In this document: one piece after another, positions 55,151 through 64,000 of the stretch
Position numbering within the stretch: the first letter of the stretch is position 1
Layout: every line of letters starts with the position of its first letter
Source of the DNA: Candidatus Zambryskibacteria bacterium RIFCSPLOWO2_01_FULL_39_39
GTDB taxonomy: Bacteria > Patescibacteriota > Minisyncoccia > Phycocordibacterales > WO2-35-19
Length of the DNA stretch: 64,000 nucleotides
Reading direction: 5' to 3'
Assembly: GCA_001823925.1 (NCBI GenBank)
Contig: MHWB01000013.1
Coordinates: forward strand, 9,338-73,337
Translations under genes and position numbers: made by a program
The notes under the pieces: model-generated
What the model saw: only the letters and a program-made list of their open reading frames with translations
Database searches by the model: none
What the model was told of the DNA's origin: nothing

Positions 55151-56539
55151 TTAAAACTCCCTAAACTCACTCTCAGCGCCACTAAATTGCGCTTTTTCTA
55201 GAGGCAGGAATGTGGCCTTCTTTTCATCAAAGAAGAGCTCCACTTTGCCAGTCGCGCCGTTTCGGTGCTTCTCAATCAATATTTCGGCGATGTTGGTCTT
55301 CTCTGATGCTTCTGTGTTTTTAGCTTTATCCTCTCGGTGGATAAACATAACCACATCAGCATCTTGCTCAATCGACCCAGAGTCCCGCAGGTCAGAGAGT
55401 TTAGGCTTACCACCTCGCTGTTCAATGGCGCGAGAAAGTTGGGAAAGGGCAAGGACGGGTACTTCTAGTTCGCGCGCCAAATTTTTAAGTGACCTTGAAA
55501 TTTCGGTCACTTGGTTGACCATTGAATCATAATTTTTGGTGGTGATCATGAGCTGTAAATAGTCTACTACAATTAGACCAAGACCTTTTTCATTTTTAAG
55601 TCTTCTGGCGACCGAACGCATTTTTAAAATATTATTACCAGGTTGGTCGTCTATAAAAATAGGCGCTTTAGATAAAACGTCCAAAGATTGGCGAATGGCC
55701 GCAAAGTCATCCTCCCTATTTAATTTGCCGGTACGCAGTTTCCAAGCATCTACATTTGACTGGCTTGCGAGCATACGATCCACAAGTTGTTGGGAACTCA
55801 TCTCAAGTGAAAATATGCCGACTGGCACATTGTGATAGACGGCCGCTTGGCGAGCGATGTCTAGAGCTAGTGCAGTTTTACCGACGGAGGGCCTAGCGGC
55901 CAAAATTATAAGATCTGATTTTTGAAGACCGGAGAGCTTTTCATCCAGCTCTTTAAAGCCAGTTGGTACGCCCCGCAGACCGTCTCCGGAATTATGAAGT
56001 CTGTCCAATCTCTCCCATGCTTCCGAGAGCTCTTCTTTAAGTTCTACAAATTTGTGGATACTGGATACATTGGTCACGTCATATATTTTCTTTTGAGCTT
56101 GATCCAAAAGTTCTTCTAACTCTGCGACTTCGTCATAACCCAAAGAGGAAATAAAATCAGCCGCTCCTATCAAATTGCGGGCGATGTGTTTCTTTTGGAT
56201 TATTTGTGCGTAATAAGAAGCGTTGGCCGCCGAAGGTACTGAATTTATTATTTCCCCTAGATAAGTATTGCCACCAGTTTCTTCCAAAAGATTCTTTTCT
56301 TTAAGTCTAGCCGAAACGGTGAGCAGATCCGTAGGGTTTCTCTTGCTGAAAAGCTCAAGCATCGTCTCAAATATCAGACGGTGTCTTTCAGAATAAAATG
56401 AGCTGGAGTGAGTGAGGTCGGTGATTTCAAACATTACCTCTGGCCGGAGCATTATAGAGCCGAGCAAAGCTCTTTCGGCCTCGGTGTTGTTGGGTGGGAT
56501 CCTTAAATGAGTTTTTTTCTGTTCCATGCTGATCATCAT
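55151..56539 (-). CDS. dnaB: Replicative DNA helicase DnaB
   Basis: 462 aa; N-terminal domain, Walker A ARPSVGKTALALD, RecA-like core. Confidence 0.9.
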   Translation of the reverse strand: MMISMEQKKTHLRIPPNNTEAERALLGSIMLRPEVMFEITDLTHSSSFYSERHRLIFETMLELFSKRNPTDLLTVSARLKEKNLLEETGGNTYLGEIINSVPSAANASYYAQIIQKKHIARNLIGAADFISSLGYDEVAELEELLDQAQKKIYDVTNVSSIHKFVELKEELSEAWERLDRLHNSGDGLRGVPTGFKELDEKLSGLQKSDLIILAARPSVGKTALALDIARQAAVYHNVPVGIFSLEMSSQQLVDRMLASQSNVDAWKLRTGKLNREDDFAAIRQSLDVLSKAPIFIDDQPGNNILKMRSVARRLKNEKGLGLIVVDYLQLMITTKNYDSMVNQVTEISRSLKNLARELEVPVLALSQLSRAIEQRGGKPKLSDLRDSGSIEQDADVVMFIHREDKAKNTEASEKTNIAEILIEKHRNGATGKVELFFDEKKATFLPLEKAQFSGAESEFREF

Positions 56540-56620
56540 ATCTTATACAAACAAGACTTCAAAATAAAACTATTAAAAAACTGTTTAGAAAAAGGGGATA
56601 ACTTATGCTAAAATATAAAT

Positions 56621-57508
56621 ATGGCCACTGCCTATACTCACCAAAGTTCAAACGTCTTCAAAACCTATATTTTGATGGGTTTATTTTTGGTCTGTCTGGC
56701 TGGTCTAGGGTATTTTGTTTCTGTTTATTATGATAATCCGGCCCTGTTTTATATCGCGATTATTTTTAGTTTAGTCATGAATTTTGCCAGTTTTTGGTTT
56801 TCTGACAAAATAGTGCTCTCTATATCCAAAGCTCGCGAGGCAAAGCGACAAGAATTTTTTGACCTTTATACAGTGACCGAAAATCTTTCTATCACAGCTG
56901 GACTACCAATGCCCAAAATTTATATTATTGATGACAGAGCTCCCAACGCTTTTGCGACCGGCAGAGATAAGGAGCATGCTGTTGTTGCTGTCACGACTGG
57001 CCTCCTTCAAAAATTAGAAAAGTCCGAGCTCGAAGGAGTGATCGCTCACGAACTTTCTCATATTGGTAATCGGGATATTTTGCTTATGAGCGCCGTGGTG
57101 GTGCTGGTCGGATTTGTTTCTATTATTTCTGATATGTTTTTGAGGGGTTTTATGTTTAGAGGTGGCAGTAGAGACAATAAAAGCGGGGGAGCCTTGGCTA
57201 TTGTTGGCATTGTTCTCATAATCCTATCGCCGATTATTGCTACTTTGATAAAACTTGCAATTTCTCGTCGGCGCGAATATCTAGCTGACGCCTCTGGAGC
57301 ACTGCTTACGAGATACCCGGAAGGTTTGGCTAAAGCACTAGAAAAAATTGCAAGTTTCAATATACCCATGAAAACGGCAAGTACTGCTACTGCCCATCTT
57401 TTTATTTCCAATCCGTTTGGCAGTAAAGGCACATCAATCTCAAATCTTTTCCAGACTCACCCACCCATAACAGAGAGGATAAAAATTTTACGCGGGCTGG
57501 ACAATTAA
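56621..57508 (+). CDS. htpX: Protease HtpX (M48 zinc metalloprotease)
   Basis: 295 aa; HELSHIGNRD HExxH, TM helices, last gene before GC shift. Confidence 0.85.
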   Translation: MATAYTHQSSNVFKTYILMGLFLVCLAGLGYFVSVYYDNPALFYIAIIFSLVMNFASFWFSDKIVLSISKAREAKRQEFFDLYTVTENLSITAGLPMPKIYIIDDRAPNAFATGRDKEHAVVAVTTGLLQKLEKSELEGVIAHELSHIGNRDILLMSAVVVLVGFVSIISDMFLRGFMFRGGSRDNKSGGALAIVGIVLIILSPIIATLIKLAISRRREYLADASGALLTRYPEGLAKALEKIASFNIPMKTASTATAHLFISNPFGSKGTSISNLFQTHPPITERIKILRGLDN

Positions 57509-57510
57509 AA

Positions 57511-57759
57511 ATGATGTATACTTTATTGCAGAGGTGGTCCGTGAATAACCAACTTCGTTTTCCACCCGATTGTCATGTGGTCGGGGAGGTTTCTGTCTCC
57601 AGACAAGGAGAATTAGAAACCAGTAACGTGTACGTTGAAGGTATTCACCCAGAGTTACACCTTTATGGTCCAGTCTCGTACCAACAAAAAGGGGATGGTA
57701 GTTTGGAAACGATAGTGAGAGTTGTTACGGGGTTGCCGCCGGAGGTATTTTTGGGATGA
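57511..57759 (+). CDS. Hypothetical protein at edge of high-GC island
   Basis: 82 aa ORF starting 3 nt after htpX stop. Confidence 0.25.
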   Translation: MMYTLLQRWSVNNQLRFPPDCHVVGEVSVSRQGELETSNVYVEGIHPELHLYGPVSYQQKGDGSLETIVRVVTGLPPEVFLG

Positions 57760-57876
57760 AGAATATGAGTATGGGATGGCACAATCCTCGTTGTCGTCCC
57801 TTTTTATATATAAATTATTTTGGAAATGAAAATGGCTCTATCCAATTGGATAAAGCCATGGTACTACGTATATTGC

Positions 57877-59289
57877 CTACAGATTGGCAAGACGATCAAG
57901 GTAAGGTTTGGCCTCAGGGCCAAAAGCTTTCCTTATCCTCACCGCGAACATTCTTCGGAAACCACCACTGGTACGCGAGAGCACTGCTCTCAGGGAACTA
58001 CCAAGAGCGGGCTTGTAGTAACCGAAATCTTTCTTCAGCAACTTCTCCCAAGTCCCGTTTTTCCACTTACCGCCCTGGGACTTCTTTAACTCAAGAGTCT
58101 TGAGTGCCCATGTGACTTGCTCGCGCGCATCAAGATCTTCCCACTTTCTCCGTTTCAGTGGCTTTCCGAGTGCCGGTTCCGCTGTTTTTGTCGGTTCTGT
58201 CTCTGCGATCGATGACTCCTGGGTGGGGGCGGGAGTTTCCTTTTCAACAACCTCATCAACATTTACCTCACCAACCACTCCCTTCAGGGATTCGATGATG
58301 GTGTCGAGCCTCTGGCTCTTTAGCAAAAGATCGTTATACTCTATCAATACATCTCCTCCGACCATGCTCGCGAGCGTAGCGAGTTTTGATGTCTGTGGTG
58401 TCATAGCCACTTCTCCTTTCACAACTTTTTCGGTTTTCTGAACAATTGGTGTTGCATCAATGGCAGATTTGACTTCAATAAAGTCATCTCCATTGGCAAA
58501 AAATAGTGGACTCTTTGTCCAGACTCTTGCGAAAGCTAGTTCTTCTCCTTTGCGACCCCCTGGTTTGAATTCGAAGCGGAAAAAATACGTCCGCATCCTA
58601 AATGGCCGCTCTTTATAGCGACTCACGTACACGTATCTCTCCACGATTACTGGTATCCAAGGGAAACCTCGGATCTTCAATAATTCTGTAAGTTCTACGA
58701 GTAAGCCGAATTCACGCTTTGCTCCTTTCTCAGGATCGAAAGGCTTGATAAAAGCTCGGGTATTCTTTCTGGTTGGAATAAGTCGCTGTTGGTAGAGGAT
58801 ATCTTCAAAGATATTTTCTGTTTGACTCCCAAAAATTTTTTTAGCGCGTCTTTGGAAATCTGGCCACTTCTCAAGCGCCGGGTTTCTGCGAGCGTCGGCA
58901 ATTGTAATCGCTAAGCATCGCCCTTTACTTTTGAGGACAAGGGGTAGCGCTGGAGCAAAGTTTGCAATTGTTGAATTAGAGAAAGTGCCGCACAAGTCCA
59001 GATGAAATCCATCCACAAATGCGTGGTCTTCTCCATGACCCGCCAAGATCTGATCGAAGGTGCCTAGTTGGTTCTGAGTTCTGTACCGATGACCTCCGAT
59101 CAACTTAGCGCTAAGTTTGCGATTGCGCTCGATGAGCCAACCATTTCCGTCGGGGATACCGAGCTCTGACCAAATCTTGGCTTCGAGTCCGTGCCCTCCA
59201 AGAGTTGCAAGTTGTGCCTCCTTCAGAGGAAGATACCGTGAGACTAATTCTAAAAATGACCTGACAACTTGCCCCTTAAGACTTTCCAT
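57877..59289 (-). CDS. Hypothetical 470-aa protein; N-terminal ~170 aa possibly Rossmann/ParB-like (GGHG..., LIGGHRYRT), basic C-terminus
   Basis: long ORF with coding-like composition in ~50% GC island; no confident family assignment. Confidence 0.45.
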   Translation of the reverse strand: MESLKGQVVRSFLELVSRYLPLKEAQLATLGGHGLEAKIWSELGIPDGNGWLIERNRKLSAKLIGGHRYRTQNQLGTFDQILAGHGEDHAFVDGFHLDLCGTFSNSTIANFAPALPLVLKSKGRCLAITIADARRNPALEKWPDFQRRAKKIFGSQTENIFEDILYQQRLIPTRKNTRAFIKPFDPEKGAKREFGLLVELTELLKIRGFPWIPVIVERYVYVSRYKERPFRMRTYFFRFEFKPGGRKGEELAFARVWTKSPLFFANGDDFIEVKSAIDATPIVQKTEKVVKGEVAMTPQTSKLATLASMVGGDVLIEYNDLLLKSQRLDTIIESLKGVVGEVNVDEVVEKETPAPTQESSIAETEPTKTAEPALGKPLKRRKWEDLDAREQVTWALKTLELKKSQGGKWKNGTWEKLLKKDFGYYKPALGSSLRAVLSRTSGGFRRMFAVRIRKAFGPEAKPYLDRLANL

Positions 59290-59370
59290 AAGATTTCCCC
59301 CTTTCCTCCATAGTATGTCAAAAATCTACTTGAGATTTCTGAGGGGTATTATAACTAAGTGGATTATTTT

Positions 59371-59408
59371 TGTCAATACATTGACATTGTAATAAAAAAA
59401 TATATAAT
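59371..59408 (+). promoter_or_regulatory. Consensus sigma70 promoter TTGACA-16-TATAAT overlapped by palindrome TGTCAATACATTGACA (candidate operator)
   Basis: -35 59381-59386, -10 59403-59408, RBS AAGGGAG before ATG 59436. Confidence 0.55.
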
Positions 59409-59435
59409 ACAGATAGAAAAAAGGGAGAACATTTC

Positions 59436-60170
59436 ATGATACCAAAGAAAAAAAATACTTCATCGTCGGGTGAATCTCTGCCCAAAGTTACAGAATTGCG
59501 CAACGAAAAAGAAATTGTCCGCGCTGTTTCGTACACTGAAGAAGAGCTGGCTACACACCTAGATCCAGAAACTTCAGATACGGCAGATTCAGAATCAAAG
59601 AGTTTAATTTTGCGTGGTTTACTTGGGGTGGTGAAAAATATCGGTCTCGGGCAAACCAATTATGAGCTCTCTTTAAGCATTGACGGATTAATCCACATCA
59701 TAACTGAACTTGATAGAGCTGCTCTCGATTTGGTAGCTGGCGCAGAGGCGCAGGTGGCAGAATTTGCAACAGAGCTCGAAAAATCTCAGGAGAAGAAGTT
59801 GACTCTGCCGACGCTGTCTCTCGCCGAGATTACCGTCGAACTCAAGCGCCGCGACGAGATACGAGAAAGAGTCTCTTCTATCCAAGAGGGGCTCGAGAAC
59901 GAGTGTGATTCGATAATTGAGGAGATCAGAACATTTGATCAGCTCCTGCAGCATAATGTGTCAAGCGATCCTAAAATCACGAAGATGAGAAGGGATCAAT
60001 TGGGGCAAAAGCTACAGAGTTTGAGCAAGACTGTTGATGGTATCGTCGGAGCCATATCCGATAACGATCGTAAAGTCGAAGCTCTGCTTGCTTACGAAAA
60101 CGCTGTAAAGCTCGTGAGTGAAGGGCTACCGGAAGGCATTATCGGCGAAGAGATCAGTCTCGGAAAGTAA
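59436..60170 (+). CDS. Hypothetical coiled-coil protein
   Basis: 244 aa, acidic, helical heptads; strong promoter and RBS. Confidence 0.5.
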   Translation: MIPKKKNTSSSGESLPKVTELRNEKEIVRAVSYTEEELATHLDPETSDTADSESKSLILRGLLGVVKNIGLGQTNYELSLSIDGLIHIITELDRAALDLVAGAEAQVAEFATELEKSQEKKLTLPTLSLAEITVELKRRDEIRERVSSIQEGLENECDSIIEEIRTFDQLLQHNVSSDPKITKMRRDQLGQKLQSLSKTVDGIVGAISDNDRKVEALLAYENAVKLVSEGLPEGIIGEEISLGK

Positions 60171-60230
60171 CCGAGTAGAAAACAACCCCAAGACCATATG
60201 GCCCTGGGGTTTTTGTATCCATCTAGGAAA

Positions 60231-61742
60231 TTACTTGAGGAACTCGCTCCGAATCTTGTTTGCAAACAGAGTCGCTTCGTTCGGATCGCGAGGGAACTTG
60301 CTTTTGCCGATCGCAGCCAGCACCTGCATGAGGCAGTGTTCGCGTCGGGCCTGCTTGGTTTCTGGCAACGCCTTGTACCCACCCCGCACGTTGGTGAAGA
60401 TCACCTTCGGATTGTTGGGGTTGACTTGGGCAAAAACGAACGGATGGAGAGTTTGTCCACGATAGAGATTATAAATCTCATCATGAACTCTGATCGAGAT
60501 ATACCGACGATACTTATCACCTGCCGGCGTGGGTTCTCCACCACCACTGGGCTTCGGACCATCGGTCGGCTCCTTGGGTTTTGGATCCCGCGGTTTCCTG
60601 GTGCCCCCCTCAGAGATATTCTCTCCGTCGGGTTCACCGAATCGATCATTGAACATCTCCGCGAGTTCGTCGAGCGTCTCCGCGGCATTACCACGGATAG
60701 CATCGCGCTCGATAAGCTGCTTCGAGACTGGAGCGACTTGGCTGATCAAAAACATCAAGAGCTTTGACCACTCCTTATTGCCCTTGCGAGTGAACTCCTT
60801 CGCCAAAGTGCTTCGCGCCGTATTCTGGTAGCGAAGCAATCCTGGAGCAAAGATGTCACCTACAAGATCGGGGTACCATAGCGGGTCGGGCAAAAGTCGC
60901 CCGAGCTTTTGGCAGCTTGCAACACGAAACCCAGTCTCGTCATCGCAAAGCCACACGCCATCGCTCTCGGTATTACCTACTCCAAGTCGGGCGCGATAAC
61001 GTCCGTCCTGGGAGGTAATGTTGATGTCCATCTCAAGTGGCGGAGGCCCATAAGTTTTACCACCGATGAGAAGATCGAACATCTTATCCTGTTCGCGAGG
61101 CAAGAGCCATTTCACAGCATCGTAAATTTCGCCGTGGCTCTGGAAGATCGGGGTCGGAATGATAATCGAAGTAAACGAGCCCGGAATATTCTTCAGCGAA
61201 CCCATTTCCGTCGAAGTCGGGGAAATGAAACGCTCGGTCTCAAATCCCTGCTCCGTCTCCGCTCTCTCCGGGATAACCGGTACAAACCTGACTTCACCGG
61301 ACTTGGAAGTTCGGGAAAGTAGATAGTAACCATGTTTGATCCGGGTCATGATGTCGTCATGCAAGCAGTTCTCATTCAGGGCAAGAGCGGCAAGCCGTCC
61401 GATACCTTTTTGAGAAGCTCCATTGTAGGAGCCATTTTGATGCTGCCTGAGTTGGGCAAGTGGCGTACCAAGCCAATTAAAATATCGCTCGAGTGCCGGA
61501 TCGGTGAGACCGCATCCGTGATCGAGGATAACGAGTGCTACACCCTTGCTCGGGGACAGTGGATGATTCGGAACGAGCGAAACTTCAATCTTCGCCCGCT
61601 TCGGCTCCCACTTGTTGGTTGGCATGCTGGCCACCAGCGAGTTGCGGATGAGTTCCATCACTCGCTGGCCTTCGCTCTCATAGAGACCGGTAGCCAGGTT
61701 GTCCACCATGTGGAAAGCCGTCACTTTCATTTGAAGCTTCAT
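60231..61742 (-). CDS. GHKL-superfamily (HATPase_c-like) ATPase with ~250-aa unknown C-terminal domain
   Basis: 503 aa; N-box ELIRNSLVA, G1 box VILDHGCGLT, G2 box SQKGIGRLAALAL; 3rd gene of operon (ATGA overlap with upstream ORF). Confidence 0.5.
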   Translation of the reverse strand: MKLQMKVTAFHMVDNLATGLYESEGQRVMELIRNSLVASMPTNKWEPKRAKIEVSLVPNHPLSPSKGVALVILDHGCGLTDPALERYFNWLGTPLAQLRQHQNGSYNGASQKGIGRLAALALNENCLHDDIMTRIKHGYYLLSRTSKSGEVRFVPVIPERAETEQGFETERFISPTSTEMGSLKNIPGSFTSIIIPTPIFQSHGEIYDAVKWLLPREQDKMFDLLIGGKTYGPPPLEMDINITSQDGRYRARLGVGNTESDGVWLCDDETGFRVASCQKLGRLLPDPLWYPDLVGDIFAPGLLRYQNTARSTLAKEFTRKGNKEWSKLLMFLISQVAPVSKQLIERDAIRGNAAETLDELAEMFNDRFGEPDGENISEGGTRKPRDPKPKEPTDGPKPSGGGEPTPAGDKYRRYISIRVHDEIYNLYRGQTLHPFVFAQVNPNNPKVIFTNVRGGYKALPETKQARREHCLMQVLAAIGKSKFPRDPNEATLFANKIRSEFLK

Positions 61743-62398
61743 AAACTTTTTCTCCTTTTCAATGTTTTAAATCCGAGATCTCGCAAATCTTCGCGAGTCA
61801 CCGGCTGGCTACGAGTCATATCTGGCTCAGGAAAAACTGCTTTGATACCGAACGCCTTGCAAGTGCGCGTGAGCGCATCACAAATTTGCATCCGGTCGCC
61901 GTCGTAAACATCGGAAGGCCTGACGCCCGTCTCGATGATGAGACCTACAAGTGAATTGAACAATGTGATGGTGTGGTCGATTAGTTTTCGAGCCGCACCA
62001 GAAGTGCTTGGCTCACTCATTTGCCTCTCCCGATAAATCTCTTCCGGAATTTTTTCGATCGGTTTTTCAATTTCTACTTTCAGAGTGCCGTTTGCGATTT
62101 GACTCAATGTCCTGAGGACTAGTCGGATGTCGTCTGCTCTCATTGGCTCGCCGTTAAGCCAGCCTCTTACTTTTTGAAATCCTTCGCCTTGTATTTTCAA
62201 ACAATGGCGAGTGAATTTTCTCACAGCATTACGACTGTTGACCGCATTGTGCGGGGAGATCACTTGGATTGCCCGCCTCAACTGCTCCATCATTTTAGAG
62301 AAATCCCAATCGAACATATTTTCACTGATCTCGTGCGCAACAGATTCTTTGGCGTCTTCAAACACTTCTGTTTGGCTTCTAGTTTGTTCGTTTTCCAC
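61739..62398 (-). CDS. Hypothetical protein (operon partner 2)
   Basis: 219 aa; stop overlaps start of GHKL ATPase gene. Confidence 0.45.
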   Translation of the reverse strand: MENEQTRSQTEVFEDAKESVAHEISENMFDWDFSKMMEQLRRAIQVISPHNAVNSRNAVRKFTRHCLKIQGEGFQKVRGWLNGEPMRADDIRLVLRTLSQIANGTLKVEIEKPIEKIPEEIYRERQMSEPSTSGAARKLIDHTITLFNSLVGLIIETGVRPSDVYDGDRMQICDALTRTCKAFGIKAVFPEPDMTRSQPVTREDLRDLGFKTLKRRKSL

Positions 62399-62558
62399 GT
62401 TTACCTCCTAGCATTGTGGATTGTAAAATAACATTCTCAAGTCCAGCTTGAGTTATTGCACGATATACTATTTCACACACAATGTCAACTCTCAAAATTT
62501 ATATAAAAATAAGCCGTGGATTCTGTGATCCACGGCCGTCTTGCACTCCTTACTCAAC

Positions 62559-63356
62559 TTATTTGGTCTGGGCGCCTCTAATTAAGGTACCCAAATTATT
62601 AATGGTGCTGGTGAGACGTTCAACTTCTCCATTCAGTCTCACGTTCTCCTCTGTCAGGGCCTTGTTTTCTCTGGCGATCAAATGTGCTTTCCGAAGCAAC
62701 TCTTCGGTTTCCGCAAGTTTTTCACCCTTTACCCTGAGCTCTTCGCGTAGCCTGTCGCATTCGATAGTTGTCGCCCTGACTTCGTCGGCAATGACGAGGA
62801 CAGCCAGTTGAGCTCCCTCCACAACACTGTTGAAGTTATTAAGTGCATCAAGTGCCGCCGCAACATTTTCGGGATTTTGAGGAGCTGGAGTGGGTGTATC
62901 GTCTGAACTTGAAGCTGGACTCTCCGAGACCTCAAATCTTTCAACTGGTGGGGGAGGGGTTGCTTCAAAAACTACCTCAGCGGGGGTGGAAGAACTTTTC
63001 CCATTATTTCCATTATTCTTTTCTCTCACCTGAGCAAGCAGGTTGAGGACCGCCTTGGCCTCACCAACAGCAAGGGCTTGTTGTATGCAGAGCACCCTTG
63101 AATTTTCTGCTGATTGGCGGACATTTGCCAAAGTTCCCGGAACAAGCCCCGCCATAGTTAGAACAATGGTGGCTTTGCTTGGGACGCTGGTTACGTGTGC
63201 ACGCCACTCAGCTCTGATCCAGTCGCCCTCTCGATTCAGTTCTTTTACTAGGCTTTTCAGTTGACCTATCCCTCTTTCATCATCTTTACCAACTAAGAAG
63301 ACGATGTCGTCTTTTGATAGGGAAGTTGGTAGTTGGTCTAAGATTCCTGGTCTCAT
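62559..63356 (-). CDS. Hypothetical protein: ~110-aa N-domain, Pro-rich linker, C-terminal coiled coil (operon partner 1)
   Basis: 265 aa; RBS GAGAGGAG before ATG. Confidence 0.45.
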   Translation of the reverse strand: MRPGILDQLPTSLSKDDIVFLVGKDDERGIGQLKSLVKELNREGDWIRAEWRAHVTSVPSKATIVLTMAGLVPGTLANVRQSAENSRVLCIQQALAVGEAKAVLNLLAQVREKNNGNNGKSSSTPAEVVFEATPPPPVERFEVSESPASSSDDTPTPAPQNPENVAAALDALNNFNSVVEGAQLAVLVIADEVRATTIECDRLREELRVKGEKLAETEELLRKAHLIARENKALTEENVRLNGEVERLTSTINNLGTLIRGAQTK

Positions 63357-63478
63357 TTATTTCTCCTCTCTGATTCCAGAGCCAATATAACTTACGTATC
63401 TTTATTTGTCAACAATGTGAATCATTTGATATTATGGTATAAAATCATTGGAAGCTCAGGAGTTATAAGGAGAAATCT

Positions 63479-63706
63479 ATGTCTCATTTTGTTTCCGGAT
63501 CATGCGAAGGAGAAAAGTGTCGAATGTGCAAAGATCCTACTCCCGCGACCCACAAAGTGGGGGAGGAAATCTTGTCAGACGATCCGAATCCAATTCGCCA
63601 CAATCTTACGGCATATGTCTGCTGTTTGCACTTTGGCCAGATCTTCGGGCCGGTTGCTCAGCAAGCTTGTTTAGAAAACAAAATATTGTGGGATTTCAAA
63701 GGATAG
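63479..63706 (+). CDS. Small Cys/His-rich (putative zinc-binding) protein
   Basis: 75 aa; CEGEKCRMC...H...H...CC.H; extended -10 TGGTATAAAAT and RBS AGGAG upstream; divergent from operon. Confidence 0.4.
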   Translation: MSHFVSGSCEGEKCRMCKDPTPATHKVGEEILSDDPNPIRHNLTAYVCCLHFGQIFGPVAQQACLENKILWDFKG

Positions 63707-63787
63707 AATTACAAAAAGGCGTTGCCAACAGAAGGCGACGCCGGATTTTTTATAGATATTCCTTAACTTACACAGAATACCTATATT

Positions 63788-64000
63788 TTACCTTCCCCAA
63801 AATCCATAGTCTTTGTGAAGTCTCTGTAGAGCATCGTGCATCACGCAAAATCCCTCATTACTCAAACCTGCTCGACGAAGCGCTTCCAGTTTTGCAAAAC
63901 TATGTCTATTCATTCCCGCTCGTAATTCACTGGATTTCCAATAAATACTTGAGTAGATGTAGTAGGGTAGGAAAATCGTCGACTTGATCAGATTACACAT
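63788..64000 (-). CDS. Hypothetical small protein
   Basis: 70 aa ORF starting at the last base of the window. Confidence 0.2.
   Translation of the reverse strand: MCNLIKSTIFLPYYIYSSIYWKSSELRAGMNRHSFAKLEALRRAGLSNEGFCVMHDALQRLHKDYGFWGR

Noticed and set aside
57756-58441. Plus-strand ORFs 57756-58103, 57820-58089, 58100-58441
   Set aside because: They are antisense to the 470-aa ORF and arise from high GC content.
57877-59289. Assigning the 470-aa island protein as a ParB/DGQHR or SAM-methyltransferase protein
   Set aside because: Only weak motif resemblance (LIGGHRYRT, ATLGGHG) without the full signature.
60118-62431. Plus-strand ORFs 60118-60465, 60198-60767, 60529-60831, 60909-61322, 61332-61907, 62174-62431
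   Set aside because: All overlap the co-directional minus-strand operon, which has RBSs and stop/start coupling. They are Arg/Ser-rich, as expected of GC-rich antisense frames.
63502-63987. 161-aa plus-strand ORF
   Set aside because: It overlaps the 75-aa Cys/His ORF (which has an RBS and promoter) and the 70-aa minus ORF in another frame, and is Arg-rich.

Overview
AT-rich (~33-35% GC) window with tightly packed small housekeeping genes, probably from a reduced-genome bacterium (possibly Candidate Phyla Radiation / Patescibacteria-like). Features pointing that way: short ProRS, class I LysRS, a minimal dcw cluster, tRNAs without encoded CCA, and many proteins carrying insertions.

Core genes recognised from ORF-track protein motifs: relA/spoT (partial), topA, dprA, serS, dusB, fmt, def, priA, two mreB plus mreC/mreD/PBP2, murF, ddl, greA, lysK, mraZ-rsmH-ftsL-ftsI, frr, rseP, proS, tgt, truB, rplU, recR, dnaB, htpX, hpf, LOG, FKBP, RmuC, YqeY. 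Two tRNAs were found: Asn-GTT (+) and Glu-CTC (-). No rRNA or CRISPR array was seen.

Beyond the genes, the window carries several families of small palindromic repeats:
- TGTCAARG...CYTTGACA palindromes inserted in frame in topA (twice), dusB (twice) and priA, with further intergenic copies. This recalls Rickettsia palindromic elements.
- GC-rich CCCTCCCC/GGGGAGGG hairpins ending in a GGTGGGGT tail. These behave as terminal inverted repeats of a DUF559 (Vsr-like endonuclease) element. One copy is inserted in frame inside tgt; a second probable copy lies at 6.5-7.3 kb. Solo hairpins sit in fmt, truB and intergenic DNA.
- An 87-bp palindrome inserted in frame in rseP.
- A perfect 20-bp palindrome present twice.

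Five higher-GC islets or islands look horizontally acquired:
- an Flp-pilin islet;
- a tRNA-Asn islet with an RlpA-like gene, a zinc-ribbon gene and a Myb/SANT-like 3-repeat protein;
- a DpnI-like methyl-directed restriction module;
- a DUF4258/RHH islet;
- a ~6.5 kb ~50% GC island at the 3' end, with a 3-gene operon containing a GHKL-type ATPase plus unknown partners. This is the best candidate for an undescribed system.

All calls come from reading the sequence and the supplied translations. No database searches were run.
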